Assembly: GCA_965228895.1 (NCBI GenBank) | Contig: OZ245842.1 | Coordinates: 32,001-96,000, forward strand | DNA from: Alphaproteobacteria bacterium | Lineage (GTDB): Bacteria; Pseudomonadota; Alphaproteobacteria; SP197 | Direction: 5' to 3' | Length of the DNA: 64,000 nucleotides | Shown: positions 18,767 through 28,821 of the stretch, one piece after another | Layout: every line of letters starts with the position of its first letter | Position numbering within the stretch: the first letter of the stretch is position 1 | Notes under the pieces: generated by a model | What the model saw: the letters and a program-made list of their open reading frames with translations, nothing else | What the model was told of the DNA's origin: nothing | Database searches by the model: none | Translations under genes and position numbers: made by a program

Positions 18767-19900
18767 CTAGGCGGCGCTCTCGCGCATGATGGCCGCGGCC
18801 GATGGTGCGGAACCTGGTTTGTCGGGTGTGTAGCCGGCGGCCGGGTCGTGCCGTGTGCGCCATGCCTGGCTGTCCTGGACGAAGGACGGCGCTTGAAGCA
18901 GCACATGATCGCGCCGCCGCTCGACTGCATCGGGGTCGATGGTTGCGGTCGCCAGCAACCTGCCGAAACTGGCGATCGCCTTCAGCTTACTGCTCAGGCT
19001 CCGCATCGCTTCGGGACGCGACGCAACGATACGGCGCGTGATGGCTTCGAAGTCCTCGGCTTCGCGGCCCGTCAGATCCTGCACCACGGTGCTGGGCGCA
19101 TGGACGGCAAAAGCGCCGCGCCGGTACTCCTCGGCATAGAGGCGCAGCTGTGTCGGCATTGCCTCCGGGAATCCCTGCACCTTCAACGCCTTCAGCAGCA
19201 TGGAGTCGGGGATGTCGCGATACCTGACCGTCCGATCCAGAACTTTGCCCATAACGGCGGCTATCTCGTTGGGCGACAGAAGTGTCGGGCCGGTCGGGCG
19301 ATAGGTCTTGCCGGCGTGGGTCGCCGGGTCGACGAGTGCGGCAACCGACACGGCTGCGATATCGTCATTGGACGGCGGCGCGTTTTTCTTTTCGTCACCG
19401 TTACCAAGCGGCATGGGCAAAACGCCCAATTGCGCGATCGCCTGCAGGGGCATGAAGTAGTTGTCGGCGAACCAACCGACGTTGTTGATTGTCAGGGAGG
19501 TGTCCGGCAACAGCTTGAGGATTTCCTCGTTGAACCAAACTTCGCGCGTCATCATCGACGGGTGGTCGGCGTCGGAGAGCCACTGGCCGAGCATGACAAT
19601 GTGCTCAAGCCGGGCTTCATGAGCGGCGATCGCAAAGACAGTTCCGAAATGAAGACCGTTCGGTGCTGTCGGGGCACAGTGATAGGCGCGTTGCACACCA
19701 CGCATCGCCCACCGCATGTCGGCGAGCGAAAACTGGTCGCCGACGACGACATCGGCGCCGGCAGCGCGCAGCAGACTGGCGCGATGGTCGTCGCGACGGA
19801 CTAACGCGCGGACCGGATAACCTTTCTCCAAGAGCTGGTATGTCGTTGGAAGCCCGGTCTTGCCGGCCGCGCTGGTCACCAGGATCGTCGGTTTCACCAT
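18767..19900 (-). CDS. NmrA-like NAD(P)-binding protein
   Basis: ILVTSAAGKTG..VRALVRR Rossmann start; GGAG before ATG 19900. Confidence 0.88.
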   Translation of the reverse strand: MVKPTILVTSAAGKTGLPTTYQLLEKGYPVRALVRRDDHRASLLRAAGADVVVGDQFSLADMRWAMRGVQRAYHCAPTAPNGLHFGTVFAIAAHEARLEHIVMLGQWLSDADHPSMMTREVWFNEEILKLLPDTSLTINNVGWFADNYFMPLQAIAQLGVLPMPLGNGDEKKNAPPSNDDIAAVSVAALVDPATHAGKTYRPTGPTLLSPNEIAAVMGKVLDRTVRYRDIPDSMLLKALKVQGFPEAMPTQLRLYAEEYRRGAFAVHAPSTVVQDLTGREAEDFEAITRRIVASRPEAMRSLSSKLKAIASFGRLLATATIDPDAVERRRDHVLLQAPSFVQDSQAWRTRHDPAAGYTPDKPGSAPSAAAIMRESAA

Positions 19901-19917
19901 GATGAATCTCCATTCAT

Positions 19918-19937
19918 GTATCTGTATATGCAGGTAA
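19918..19937. promoter_or_regulatory. Putative MarR operator, copy 2
   Basis: GTATCTGTATATGCAGGTAA, 17/20 identical to the palindrome at 20426. Confidence 0.7.
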
Positions 19938-19950
19938 TTAGCGAAATGAG

Positions 19951-20409
19951 CTAATCTGTTCCGTCCAAAGCTTGTTCGATTGTCCGCAGCTGCTGCGCCA
20001 TGTCCCGCCAGTGGTCTTTCCCAAGGGCGTCGACAACACTTCGTTGCGCCTTGGACCACAGGGGGACCGCTTTGTCGTAGGCCCGTTTGCCGGCGCCGGT
20101 CAGGCGAACATTTCTGACCCGCGCATCATCGTTGGCGATGTTTTCGACGAGACCCCGGCGGACCAGGACCTCCAGGTTGCGCGTCAGGGTGGTGCCATCG
20201 ATCGCCAGCTCCTCGGAGAGGTCACCTATGTTGGTCTCGCCCAGCCAATCGAGCGCGCCCAACAGGGTAAACTGCGTGTTGCGAAGGCCACTGGGCTTTA
20301 GGGCGTCGTCATAGGCACGCGCCGCGACACGGGCCGCACGGCGCAGCCGGTAGCTGACACAATCTATGGGCTGAAGCCCGTCGAGGGACGCAAGTCGGGT
20401 GGCTGTCAT
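19951..20409 (-). CDS. MarR-family regulator
   Basis: C...LRRAAR...YD..L...GL...QFTLL; D.TTLTRNL..L...GLV; D.R.R.V.LT..G. Confidence 0.92.
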   Translation of the reverse strand: MTATRLASLDGLQPIDCVSYRLRRAARVAARAYDDALKPSGLRNTQFTLLGALDWLGETNIGDLSEELAIDGTTLTRNLEVLVRRGLVENIANDDARVRNVRLTGAGKRAYDKAVPLWSKAQRSVVDALGKDHWRDMAQQLRTIEQALDGTD

Positions 20410-20425
20410 CGCACGATGTCCGAAT

Positions 20426-20445
20426 TTACCTGTATATACAGGTAA
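20426..20445. promoter_or_regulatory. Putative MarR operator, copy 1
   Basis: Perfect 20-bp palindrome TTACCTGTATATACAGGTAA just upstream of marR. Confidence 0.75.
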
Positions 20446-20485
20446 TGATCCATCAAGAGGATGTCAAGACTGCCGCACAAGCAAT

Positions 20486-22024
20486 TCAGTCGGCGGCCCC
20501 GCCTTCTTCCTTGCGCTCGGCGATGAAGGCGTCGAGTTCCTCGAGGACGGCCGGGTCGAGCGGCGGCTCTTCGTATTCAGCGAGGAGCTGTTTCCAGATC
20601 TGGTGGGCGCGGGTCTGGGCGTCCGGCGAACCGGCTTCGCGCCAGCTCTCATAGTTGCGCCAGTCCGACAGGATGGGATTGTAGAACGCGGTCTCGTAGC
20701 GATCGAGCGTGTGCTGGGTGCCGAAGAAATGACCGCCGGGCCCGACATCGCGCATCGCCTCGATGCCGATGGTGTCGTCAGAGATCTCGATCGGGTTCAG
20801 CATCTCCGCCATGCCCTGAATCATCTCCGCATCCAGGATCAGTTTTTCGAAACTCGCCACCAGCCCGCCTTCGAGCCAGCCCGCACCCTGATAGAGCAGG
20901 TTCGCCTGGCCGGTGACCGCCGCCCATAACGACATCTCCGACTCATAGGCCGCCTGCGCATCCACCGTGTTAGACGCGTTGACGTTGGACGTGCGGTAGG
21001 GAATGGCGTAGCGGCGCGCGAGCTGGCAGCCGGCCAGGACCGCCTTGGCGTATTCCGGCGTGCCGAAGGCCGGCGCGCCCGACTTCATGTCGACGTTCGA
21101 CGTAAAGCCGCCATAGATCACCGGCGTGCCCGGCCGGATGCACTGGGCGATGGTCATGACGCCGAGCGCTTCGGCGTTTTGCTGGGCAAGCGCGCCGGCG
21201 ATGGTCGCCGGGCTCATGGCGCCGGCGAGCGTGAACGGCGTGATCGTCACCGGCTGGCCGCAGCGGACATAAGCCGTCATGCCCTCGGCCATCGGGATAT
21301 CGAACCTGAGCGGCGAGTTGGTGTTGATGATCGTGATTGCCGCCGGTTTTTCGGCCAGCGTCTCGCGATCGCATTGCAGCGCGATGCAGGTCGCCTCGAT
21401 GGCGTCTTCGGCGCGCTCGGCACCAAGCGCATAACCCTGCCACGTCTTGTCGGTCAGCGTGATCATGGCGCGGTACATGTCCAGGTGGCGTGTCGCCGCC
21501 GGCAGATCCTGCGGCTCGACTGCGCCGCCGCCGTCCTGGTGCACGATGTTCAGGCTCTGCAGGACACGGGTGAAGTTGCACATGTCCTCGAAGTTGCCGA
21601 TGCGCCGGCCGCCTTCCAGATCGCTGACATAGGGCGGTCCGCCGACGCCGGTGACGACCATGCGGTTGCCGCCCAGCGTCACGTTGTGGTCGGGGTTGCG
21701 CGCGTGCAGCGTGAACTCTGACGGCGCCAGTGCGATCTTTTCTTCGATCATGTCGCGGCTGAACTTGACGAGCTCGCTCGTGACGTCAGCGCCTTCGCGC
21801 GTCAGCATGTCGCGCGTCGGCGCGTGCAGCACCTCCATGCCGATCGATTCAAGAATGGTCAGCGAGGCCTGGTGCAGACGTTCGACCTGTTCGTCATGCA
21901 GGATATCGAACGGGCGATAGGGATTGACGATCTCACGCCATGGCAGTTGATGGATCGTGCCGGCCTTGCGTTCGGACCCGCCCGCGCCGCGCCGTCCGCG
22001 TCGTCCCGATCGTTCGCGTGCCAT
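20486..22024 (-). CDS. MttB-superfamily methyltransferase (non-pyrrolysine, MtgB-like)
   Basis: NTNSPLRFD, GGFTSNVDMKSGAPAFGTPE, VGPGGHFFG; no in-frame TAG. Confidence 0.92.
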   Translation of the reverse strand: MARERSGRRGRRGAGGSERKAGTIHQLPWREIVNPYRPFDILHDEQVERLHQASLTILESIGMEVLHAPTRDMLTREGADVTSELVKFSRDMIEEKIALAPSEFTLHARNPDHNVTLGGNRMVVTGVGGPPYVSDLEGGRRIGNFEDMCNFTRVLQSLNIVHQDGGGAVEPQDLPAATRHLDMYRAMITLTDKTWQGYALGAERAEDAIEATCIALQCDRETLAEKPAAITIINTNSPLRFDIPMAEGMTAYVRCGQPVTITPFTLAGAMSPATIAGALAQQNAEALGVMTIAQCIRPGTPVIYGGFTSNVDMKSGAPAFGTPEYAKAVLAGCQLARRYAIPYRTSNVNASNTVDAQAAYESEMSLWAAVTGQANLLYQGAGWLEGGLVASFEKLILDAEMIQGMAEMLNPIEISDDTIGIEAMRDVGPGGHFFGTQHTLDRYETAFYNPILSDWRNYESWREAGSPDAQTRAHQIWKQLLAEYEEPPLDPAVLEELDAFIAERKEEGGAAD

Positions 22025-22237
22025 CGTCTAAGTTACTGAGAGTCTATTCATTGATCGAAGCTTTGATGCGACACATTACGATGTCGACGGCTGGAGTATC
22101 TCTCGATGCCGCCATTACCTCCCGTACGTTGCAGAATAGCTTGCGACGGTCTTGTCTGTCTCAAGGAAAGCTCGCTATGCCGTGGACGTCACGAATTCGT
22201 TGCTATTTTGATGGAAGAATCTGCTGATCGATCAAAA

Positions 22238-23566
22238 TTAACCCGTCGCCAGATAGAGCGGCCACTCGCCTGGGACACCCTTCAGACTTTGGGTGCCCGC
22301 CGGACGCATGTCGAACCCTGAACCGATCGTCAGGTCCTTGACGGTGCCGGATGTCAGGATTCCGCCGGGTGGCGCGTGCGAAAGAATTCGAGCGGCGATG
22401 TGAACGGCCAATCCGCCAAGGTCCGATCCTCGCCGCTCGCATTCGCCGGTGTGGATGCCGGCTCTGATCTGCATGTCCAAACCCGCCACATCTCTGTGAA
22501 TGGCGGCAGCGCATCGAATGGCACGTGACGGACCTGCAAAGGCGGTGATGAAACCATCACCTGTCGTGTTGATGGTCTGGCCGTCAAAATCGGACACCCG
22601 GCACCGTACAATCTCGTCGTGCTGATCCAACAAGGCTCGCCACTTGCTGTCGCCGATGGTCGCCGCGCGTTCGGTCGAGCCAACAATATCGGTCATCAAA
22701 ACGGTAAGGAGTACCCGGTCTGCCGAGCCGCCCTCGCGCTGTCCGGTCAAGAACTCCTCGATCTCGCCGACCATCAGATCTTGATCGCCGTACCACGGTA
22801 AGTGATCGGCGCCGGGTACTATCTTCAGCGTCGCATTCGGAATTCGGTCAGCGATGTACCGGGCTTCGTCGGCAGCGCTCCAGGCGTCCTTCTCCCGGTT
22901 GATGACCAGTGTCGGGCAACTGATCGTCGGCAAAACCGCGCGGATATCGGTCTGTCCGTTGAGGCGCGTGATCAATTCGGCGGTTTTTGGACTTGCCGCT
23001 GAGCGGAGATAGGCGCCCCACCAAGCCCTCGCCGCGTCGTTGTCGACCATACTGGGCGCGGCCTCGCTCAGATCCAAAGGCTTGCCCCAATTGTCGCGTA
23101 AGTGGGCGATGAATTGCTCCCGCTCCTCGTCATTGATTTGCCACGGATAATCCGGCGCCCAACCGCCGCGCGCAAACGTGCCGCTGAGAACAAGTCCTAG
23201 GGTACGTTCGGGATAGGTGGCGGCAAACAGCGCGGACATATGGCCGCCTTCGGAGACGCCGAAAATGGCCGCTTTGTCGGACTTCACAGCATCCAGAACC
23301 GCGACGATATCTTCGGTGCGTTGCTCGAGGGTCGGGAAACCGACATCTCTTTCAGAAAGCCCGGTGCCGCGCTTGTCGAAGAAGATCAACCTGCTGAAGC
23401 GGCCCAGCTTGGTCAGAAAGTCAGCGTAATGAGGGCTTTCCCAAGCATATTCGATGTTCGTCAACCAGCCTTGCGCATAAACCAGATCGATCGGACCGTC
23501 GCCAACGACCTGGTAGGCAATCGAGATATCACCAGCACTTGTGTATTGGGTTGCCGGTTTTGCCAT
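22238..23566 (-). CDS. Alpha/beta-hydrolase fused to class III cyclase (LipJ-like)
   Basis: DKRGTGLS, GVSEGG; TDIVGST, TGDG, RAGIHTGE. Confidence 0.9.
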   Translation of the reverse strand: MAKPATQYTSAGDISIAYQVVGDGPIDLVYAQGWLTNIEYAWESPHYADFLTKLGRFSRLIFFDKRGTGLSERDVGFPTLEQRTEDIVAVLDAVKSDKAAIFGVSEGGHMSALFAATYPERTLGLVLSGTFARGGWAPDYPWQINDEEREQFIAHLRDNWGKPLDLSEAAPSMVDNDAARAWWGAYLRSAASPKTAELITRLNGQTDIRAVLPTISCPTLVINREKDAWSAADEARYIADRIPNATLKIVPGADHLPWYGDQDLMVGEIEEFLTGQREGGSADRVLLTVLMTDIVGSTERAATIGDSKWRALLDQHDEIVRCRVSDFDGQTINTTGDGFITAFAGPSRAIRCAAAIHRDVAGLDMQIRAGIHTGECERRGSDLGGLAVHIAARILSHAPPGGILTSGTVKDLTIGSGFDMRPAGTQSLKGVPGEWPLYLATG

Positions 23567-23798
23567 TTCTCACTTTCCGACTTCAGCGAGACTGAGCTGA
23601 ACCATCGGGCTGGTAGCTTAAGTTTTGACAGAGTAAATCAGTCGGTTCAACAGCCCTCTGCGAGTTACAGGCTAATCCATCATACCAACGACCGTTCGGG
23701 GTGAGACAGCGACCTTGAGCTGACGGATACGAGCATTCGCTCCGGCATGGTGTTTGGCCACAAATAGGACGACGTCGGGATGCCACCGTCCGCCATGG

Positions 23799-24419
23799 TC
23801 AGTTCAACCCGTGCTGTTGCATCAGGGCAGCGATCTTCGGGCGCGCCGAAATGCGTTCGACCAGGGCGCCGACTTTGGGGTTCTCCTTCATCATGCGCGG
23901 GGCGTCATAGTGAAAGTTGGCTTGCAGCCAGAACAGAATGTCGGCCGCCGTAAACTGCTCGCCAAGCAACCAGGGGCCGTCGCCCATCTGGGTTTCGATC
24001 TCCGACCAGATCTTATCGGCGCGCTGCATCGCATTCGCCCGCACCTCGGCGATACCGGCCTCGGACTCGGCGTACCAGTCGGCGTGGTACTCCTGGGCTA
24101 CCAAGGGATGCACCATGGAGCCCAGATAGACCAGCCACTGATAGTAGGCGGCACGCGTGGGATCACCGACCGGCGGCGCCAGATTGGCGTCAGCGTGTTT
24201 ATCGGCCAGATGCATGGCAATCGCCGAACCTTCGTAGAGCACGAGGTCGTCGTCGACCAGGGTCGGCACCAGACCGTCGGGCCTGAGCGCCAGGTAGTCG
24301 GGATCGGTCACCGCGCCGTCTTCGGTCAGGGTGATGAGGTCATAGGGCGCGCCGATCTCGTCGAGCATCGCCTGGGGTACCATCGACATGGTGAAGGTCT
24401 TTCCATAAAGCGTATACAC
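23799..24419 (-). CDS. Glutathione S-transferase family protein
   Basis: P.GLVPTL, LYEGSAI, WLLGEQFTAAD; GGAGG then GTG 24419. Confidence 0.9.
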   Translation of the reverse strand: MYTLYGKTFTMSMVPQAMLDEIGAPYDLITLTEDGAVTDPDYLALRPDGLVPTLVDDDLVLYEGSAIAMHLADKHADANLAPPVGDPTRAAYYQWLVYLGSMVHPLVAQEYHADWYAESEAGIAEVRANAMQRADKIWSEIETQMGDGPWLLGEQFTAADILFWLQANFHYDAPRMMKENPKVGALVERISARPKIAALMQQHGLN

Positions 24420-24544
24420 GTGCGTTTTCCTCCGGCTGTCCGATCCCATGCCAAGGTTTCCGTCTTAGCCTGCCCGCCCGCCTTGCGGTAGCCCGTTCGG
24501 CCCGGCCTCGTCGTAAACGAGACTGCACCAGCAATTCTTGGTGT

Positions 24545-25660
24545 CTAGCCGCGAAGGGTGAAACCGCGCACCGCTGCTTCGTCAATCTCGATACCCAGGC
24601 CTGGCGCCATAGGCACCGCGATCATGCCGTCCGCATCGGGGCGTGGCGGGTTGCGTGAAATGGCGTCGCGGATGGGGTTGTGGTTGCCGGGGGTCTCGCA
24701 GAGATCGATGGTGTCGACAGTGGCCAGGAAGTGCAGCGAGGCCGCGAGATTGATATCGAGGACGTAGTGGTGGTTGACGATGGCGATGCCCTGCCTGTTG
24801 GCTGCCGCGGCAATCTCCATCGCCGGTGTCAGGCCGACTTGGGTCAATTCGATCTGCAGGACGTCGACGGCGTGCGCGTCGATCAGCCGATTGAGCTCAC
24901 CGGCCGTCGCGGCCATTTCGCCGGCGGTGATCTTCAGATCGCTTTCCCGGCGCAGGCGCGCGTATCCCCCGACGTCATAGGCCCGCAGGGATTCCTCGAA
25001 CCAATAGATGTCATAGGGCGCGAACCGTCGGGTCCGCTCGAGCGCCGTGTCGACATCCCAATACATGCCGCAGTCGATCAAGAGTTTGATGTCGGGACCG
25101 ATTGCCTGGCGCAACGCCCGGACGACCGCTTCGTCATCGTCGGCGCCGTTGCCTTTTGGCAGCCAGCCGAACTTGACCGCCTTGAAGCCGCGCTCGACCA
25201 GTGCACTGGCAAAGCCTGCCGTCTCGTCGAGACTTTCGCCCACGGTATGGGTGGCGTAGCAGGCAACGCGGTTGCGCCGCGCGCCGCCCAACAATGCGTG
25301 GACCGGCTTGCCGCTCGCCTTGCCCTTGATATCCCACAGTGCCAGATCGATGGCCGCCATGGCATGCATGGCAACGCCGTCGCGGCCGAGCAGGATGGTG
25401 CCTTCGGCCATGCGGTGCCACAGAGCCTCGGTGTCCAGCGCATCCTCACCGATCAGAAGGGCTTTCAGGCCGCTGCGCCGGTCACTGGTGTAGCCGGCCT
25501 CGATGATCATTCGAATGATGTCAGGCGCGGTAAACGCCTCACCCCAACCAGTGATGCCCTCGTCGGTCTCGACCTTCACCAAGAGATGCCCGCCGGATGC
25601 GGCGACCGAGCGACCGTCGTTGGCGCGAAGAATAAAGGTCGTCACGTCGGTGATATGCAT
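24545..25660 (-). CDS. Mandelate racemase/muconate lactonizing enzyme family
   Basis: GITGWGE, DLALWDIKGK, K-x-G, D/E/E metal ligands; start trimmed to MHITDV. Confidence 0.9.
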   Translation of the reverse strand: MHITDVTTFILRANDGRSVAASGGHLLVKVETDEGITGWGEAFTAPDIIRMIIEAGYTSDRRSGLKALLIGEDALDTEALWHRMAEGTILLGRDGVAMHAMAAIDLALWDIKGKASGKPVHALLGGARRNRVACYATHTVGESLDETAGFASALVERGFKAVKFGWLPKGNGADDDEAVVRALRQAIGPDIKLLIDCGMYWDVDTALERTRRFAPYDIYWFEESLRAYDVGGYARLRRESDLKITAGEMAATAGELNRLIDAHAVDVLQIELTQVGLTPAMEIAAAANRQGIAIVNHHYVLDINLAASLHFLATVDTIDLCETPGNHNPIRDAISRNPPRPDADGMIAVPMAPGLGIEIDEAAVRGFTLRG

Positions 25661-25774
25661 GGTCGGTCTTTTCCCCGGTTCGCGCCGGGCATAGTGGTGT
25701 GCCCAGAGGGGCGCAGGCAAGGTGCTTGCGCACAAGGCGATGACGGCTAGTCTCCGACCAAACGGAGGAACGCC

Positions 25775-26677
25775 ATGCCCCAGATCGATGCCAACGGCAT
25801 CTCGCTTTACGTCGAAACCCACGGTGACCCGGACGGCACGCCGCTCATGCTGGTGCGCGGTCTGGGCAGCCAGATTGTGCATTGGCCGCGCGCCTTCATA
25901 GACGGTTTCGTCGACAACGGTTTTTTCGTCATGACCCACGATAACCGCGACGCCGGCCTGAGCCAGTCGTTCGATGACTGGGGAACAATCGACGAAGCCG
26001 ATGTGCAGCGCCGGCTCGACGCCGGCGAGCCACTCGACCTGCCCTATACGCTGGAGGACATGGCGGCCGATGCCATCGGCGTGCTCGACCACTTCAAGAC
26101 CGCGCGTGCGCATGTGGTCGGGATCTCCATGGGCGGCATGATCGCCCAGCTCACAGCCGTTCACTATCCCGACCGGCTGATCTCCATGACCTCGATCATG
26201 TCGTCATCCGGCAACCCGGCAATTCCGCTCGGCACGCCGGAGGCGCGTGCACTTTTGCTGGAGCAGCCGGACGATGCGAACGACCGCGACAGCGTGATCG
26301 CCTTCACGTTGAAAGCCGACCGCGTGTGGGGCAGTCCCGGCTATCCGTTCGACGAAGCCGAGCGCGCTGATCTGATCGGGCGTGCCTACGACCGATGTTG
26401 GACGCCGGAAGGGGTCAAGCGGCAATGGGCGGCTGCGCGCGGCAACGGCAGCCGGGTCGAACGGCTGAAGACCATCACTGTGCCGAGCCTTGTCATCCAC
26501 GGCCTCGACGACAGTCTGGTTCAAGCCGAACACGGCCGTGATACCGCCGCCCATATTCCTGATGCCGAGCTGGTCGAGATAGCGGGCATGGGTCACGATC
26601 TTGAAGGCGATCTGTCACCGATCATTGTCGAGCATGTCACGCGCCACGCGCGTGCCGCCGAGGCGGCGGCGCCCTAG
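25775..26677 (+). CDS. Alpha/beta hydrolase (esterase-like)
   Basis: DNRDAGLS, GISMGG, HG..D, MGHD. Confidence 0.92.
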   Translation: MPQIDANGISLYVETHGDPDGTPLMLVRGLGSQIVHWPRAFIDGFVDNGFFVMTHDNRDAGLSQSFDDWGTIDEADVQRRLDAGEPLDLPYTLEDMAADAIGVLDHFKTARAHVVGISMGGMIAQLTAVHYPDRLISMTSIMSSSGNPAIPLGTPEARALLLEQPDDANDRDSVIAFTLKADRVWGSPGYPFDEAERADLIGRAYDRCWTPEGVKRQWAAARGNGSRVERLKTITVPSLVIHGLDDSLVQAEHGRDTAAHIPDAELVEIAGMGHDLEGDLSPIIVEHVTRHARAAEAAAP

Positions 26678-26911
26678 GGCCAGGACCAGGTTGAGCCACG
26701 CGATGAGATCACGTTGTTCGTCGCTCGCTGGGTCGTCGCCGGGGTCGACCGCGGCCGGGCCGTTCCCGAATAGCCGGTCTTTACTTCAAGCTTTGGTCTC
26801 GTCCGCACACGGCGCGTCATCGCGCAACGACCGCCTATTCAGTAGAAGTCAGCACCGGGCGCCGATGCGTCCCATCCATGTCCAAGAACCGAACGAGGAC
26901 ATGTTCGATCC

Positions 26912-28390
26912 CTAATAGTCATCTCCGTTCAGACTCTTGATAACCGACGCCTGCCATTCCTCCAGGTTGCCCAGTAACCTCGAGGCGATTTCCTCCCTTT
27001 CCTCAACCAGGTTGGTTGTTTCCAGGGGATCTTCCTCCAGATTGTACAACTCCATGTTCGGTTCACGGGGCCACACAACATCATACCAAGCCGACTGCTC
27101 TATTCTGTGTAACTTCCATGGCCAATCCAAAATCGCAGCGTGGCCTTCAAAAAAGTCTTCTTCATATTTTTTTTGGATGACGCCCGCATCGAGGTACAGG
27201 AAGTCTTCCAAGTTCTCGCTCACATTATTGTCTCTCGCCACCGACATGATCTCGTCGCTGTTCATTCGGATTCCTGGAACGTCGTAGAACTTCCAGAACT
27301 TTAGCGAGGGCGGCGAGCCGGCGTTTTGATGATTTATGCTGTCCAGCAGCGAGATGCCGTCCAAGGGGCGAGACTGGGGGTATGCAATATCTGCGGCATC
27401 AAGAAGTGTCGGCAAAACATCTGATGTGCTAGCGGGGGTTTCAATGACTTGTGGATGTGGGAATCCTTTTGGCCATTCAAGTACGGATGGGACCCTTATG
27501 CCCCCCTCATAGATGCTTCCTTTGCTCTCCCGGCCTCCGTTCAATCCGATGTCGGGCAGTCCGCCATTATCTCCAAGATACCAAACAATCGTGTTCTCCT
27601 TTAGCGAGCTATCTTCAAGATAGGCGCGCAATGTTCCGACCGTCCTGTCTATCGCTGTTGTTTCTGCATAAAAATTCGCCACGTCATCGGGGAACTCTGA
27701 ATACAAGAGTCTATCCTCGTCTTTGGCAAGATGCGGCTTATGCGGATTTCCAAACCAAATGGCGATGAAAAACGGCTCATCTTTTTCCTCTCGGCTTTCT
27801 AAGAAATCGATGGCCAGATCAACAATGATTTCCGAGCCTTCTCCATTGGTTTCCACGACTTCGCCTTTGTGGCTAAGCAGCGGAGAAAAGTCGAAAAAGT
27901 TGGGTGCTGAAATCCACTCCTGGAATCCAGACGCGCCCGGATTAACGGGACTCTCTGACAACACCGATCCGACGTGCCACTTTCCGAAGTGAGCGGTCGT
28001 GTACCCGTGCTCGCTCAATACTTCGGGGAGCGTAAGTTCTTGGGGTCTAAGGGAGTGACCCCAGGTAAAAGCGCCCATACGGTTCGGATGCCGGCCCGTT
28101 AACAGACTTGCTCTTGTTGGGGTGCAGACATGTCCGGCGGCATAAAACCGATCAAAACGCACGCCTTCAGATGCCATCACATCCAGGTTTGGAGTCTGCA
28201 ATACCGGATGGCCGTTGTACCCAACATCGCCCCACCCCTGATCATCGGACAAGAGCACAATGATGTTGGGTCTCTCGGAAAACTCGTCAGCATTGAGTGA
28301 ATTCACGCATGACAAAAGTACGAGGACAAATACCACTCGTGCCGAGTTTCGGATCAAGAATGACGACATTCTTAACATCGCGCGCTCCAT
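26912..28390 (-). CDS. Secreted arylsulfatase-family sulfatase, lower GC than flanks
   Basis: Signal-like N-terminus; SDDQGWGD, CTPTR, GKWH, DNG. Confidence 0.92.
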   Translation of the reverse strand: MERAMLRMSSFLIRNSARVVFVLVLLSCVNSLNADEFSERPNIIVLLSDDQGWGDVGYNGHPVLQTPNLDVMASEGVRFDRFYAAGHVCTPTRASLLTGRHPNRMGAFTWGHSLRPQELTLPEVLSEHGYTTAHFGKWHVGSVLSESPVNPGASGFQEWISAPNFFDFSPLLSHKGEVVETNGEGSEIIVDLAIDFLESREEKDEPFFIAIWFGNPHKPHLAKDEDRLLYSEFPDDVANFYAETTAIDRTVGTLRAYLEDSSLKENTIVWYLGDNGGLPDIGLNGGRESKGSIYEGGIRVPSVLEWPKGFPHPQVIETPASTSDVLPTLLDAADIAYPQSRPLDGISLLDSINHQNAGSPPSLKFWKFYDVPGIRMNSDEIMSVARDNNVSENLEDFLYLDAGVIQKKYEEDFFEGHAAILDWPWKLHRIEQSAWYDVVWPREPNMELYNLEEDPLETTNLVEEREEIASRLLGNLEEWQASVIKSLNGDDY

Positions 28391-28821
28391 TAGGGGGAGT
28401 TATCGAACTGCCTGACAGATAACAATCTACAATTGAATGTAGACTGTGGCTTGCAGGCAAAGCAAGATCGTTGCGGCGATACACGCAACCCTTGACCGCC
28501 TCTCTACGGGTTTGTTGAAACTCGAAGGCGACTTTCTTGCTTTCATGGCAGCATATGCGCGAGCGCCGTCATGACAGCGCGGGGACGGAATCCAAGGCGG
28601 GGTACCTAAATCCGTGCCCGGACGGCCCACCGTGGCCTCCTGACGCCTTCGCTAGAGCCTTTGCCGCTCTCTCGCTGCGTGAACATGACCCGTTCTCGGC
28701 TCCAAGACCTGCGGCTCAGCACCTCGCGGACAGGAGGATGGAGGGCGACCAACATGCCCAATTGTCTAGAGTGGTCCGCCCTGTCGGCGAAGCGGCAGTG
28801 GCGCGCGAGAGGAGTCGCCGG

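Noticed and set aside
18613-18769. Programmed TAG read-through fusing NmrA to the dehalogenase tail
   Set aside because: The tail is only about 50 aa, lacks the nucleophile and is frameshifted; a deletion remnant is the simpler explanation.
20486-22024. Pyrrolysine recoding in the MttB homologue
   Set aside because: No in-frame TAG; the ORF is continuous.
22025-23798. AT-richer spacers flanking the LipJ-like gene (22025-22237, 23567-23798) examined for tRNA, sRNA, IS ends or gene remnants
   Set aside because: No cloverleaf, terminal repeats or recognisable translation found.
25715-25730. Sigma-54-like AGGCAAGGTGCTTGCG before the hydrolase
   Set aside because: GG-N10-GC spacing is right, but several mismatches make it too weak to call in GC-rich DNA.
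26678-26790. Minus-strand peptide DEQRDLIAWL resembling a cytochrome c C-terminal helix
   Set aside because: Too short, upstream stop codon, no CxxCH; likely chance.
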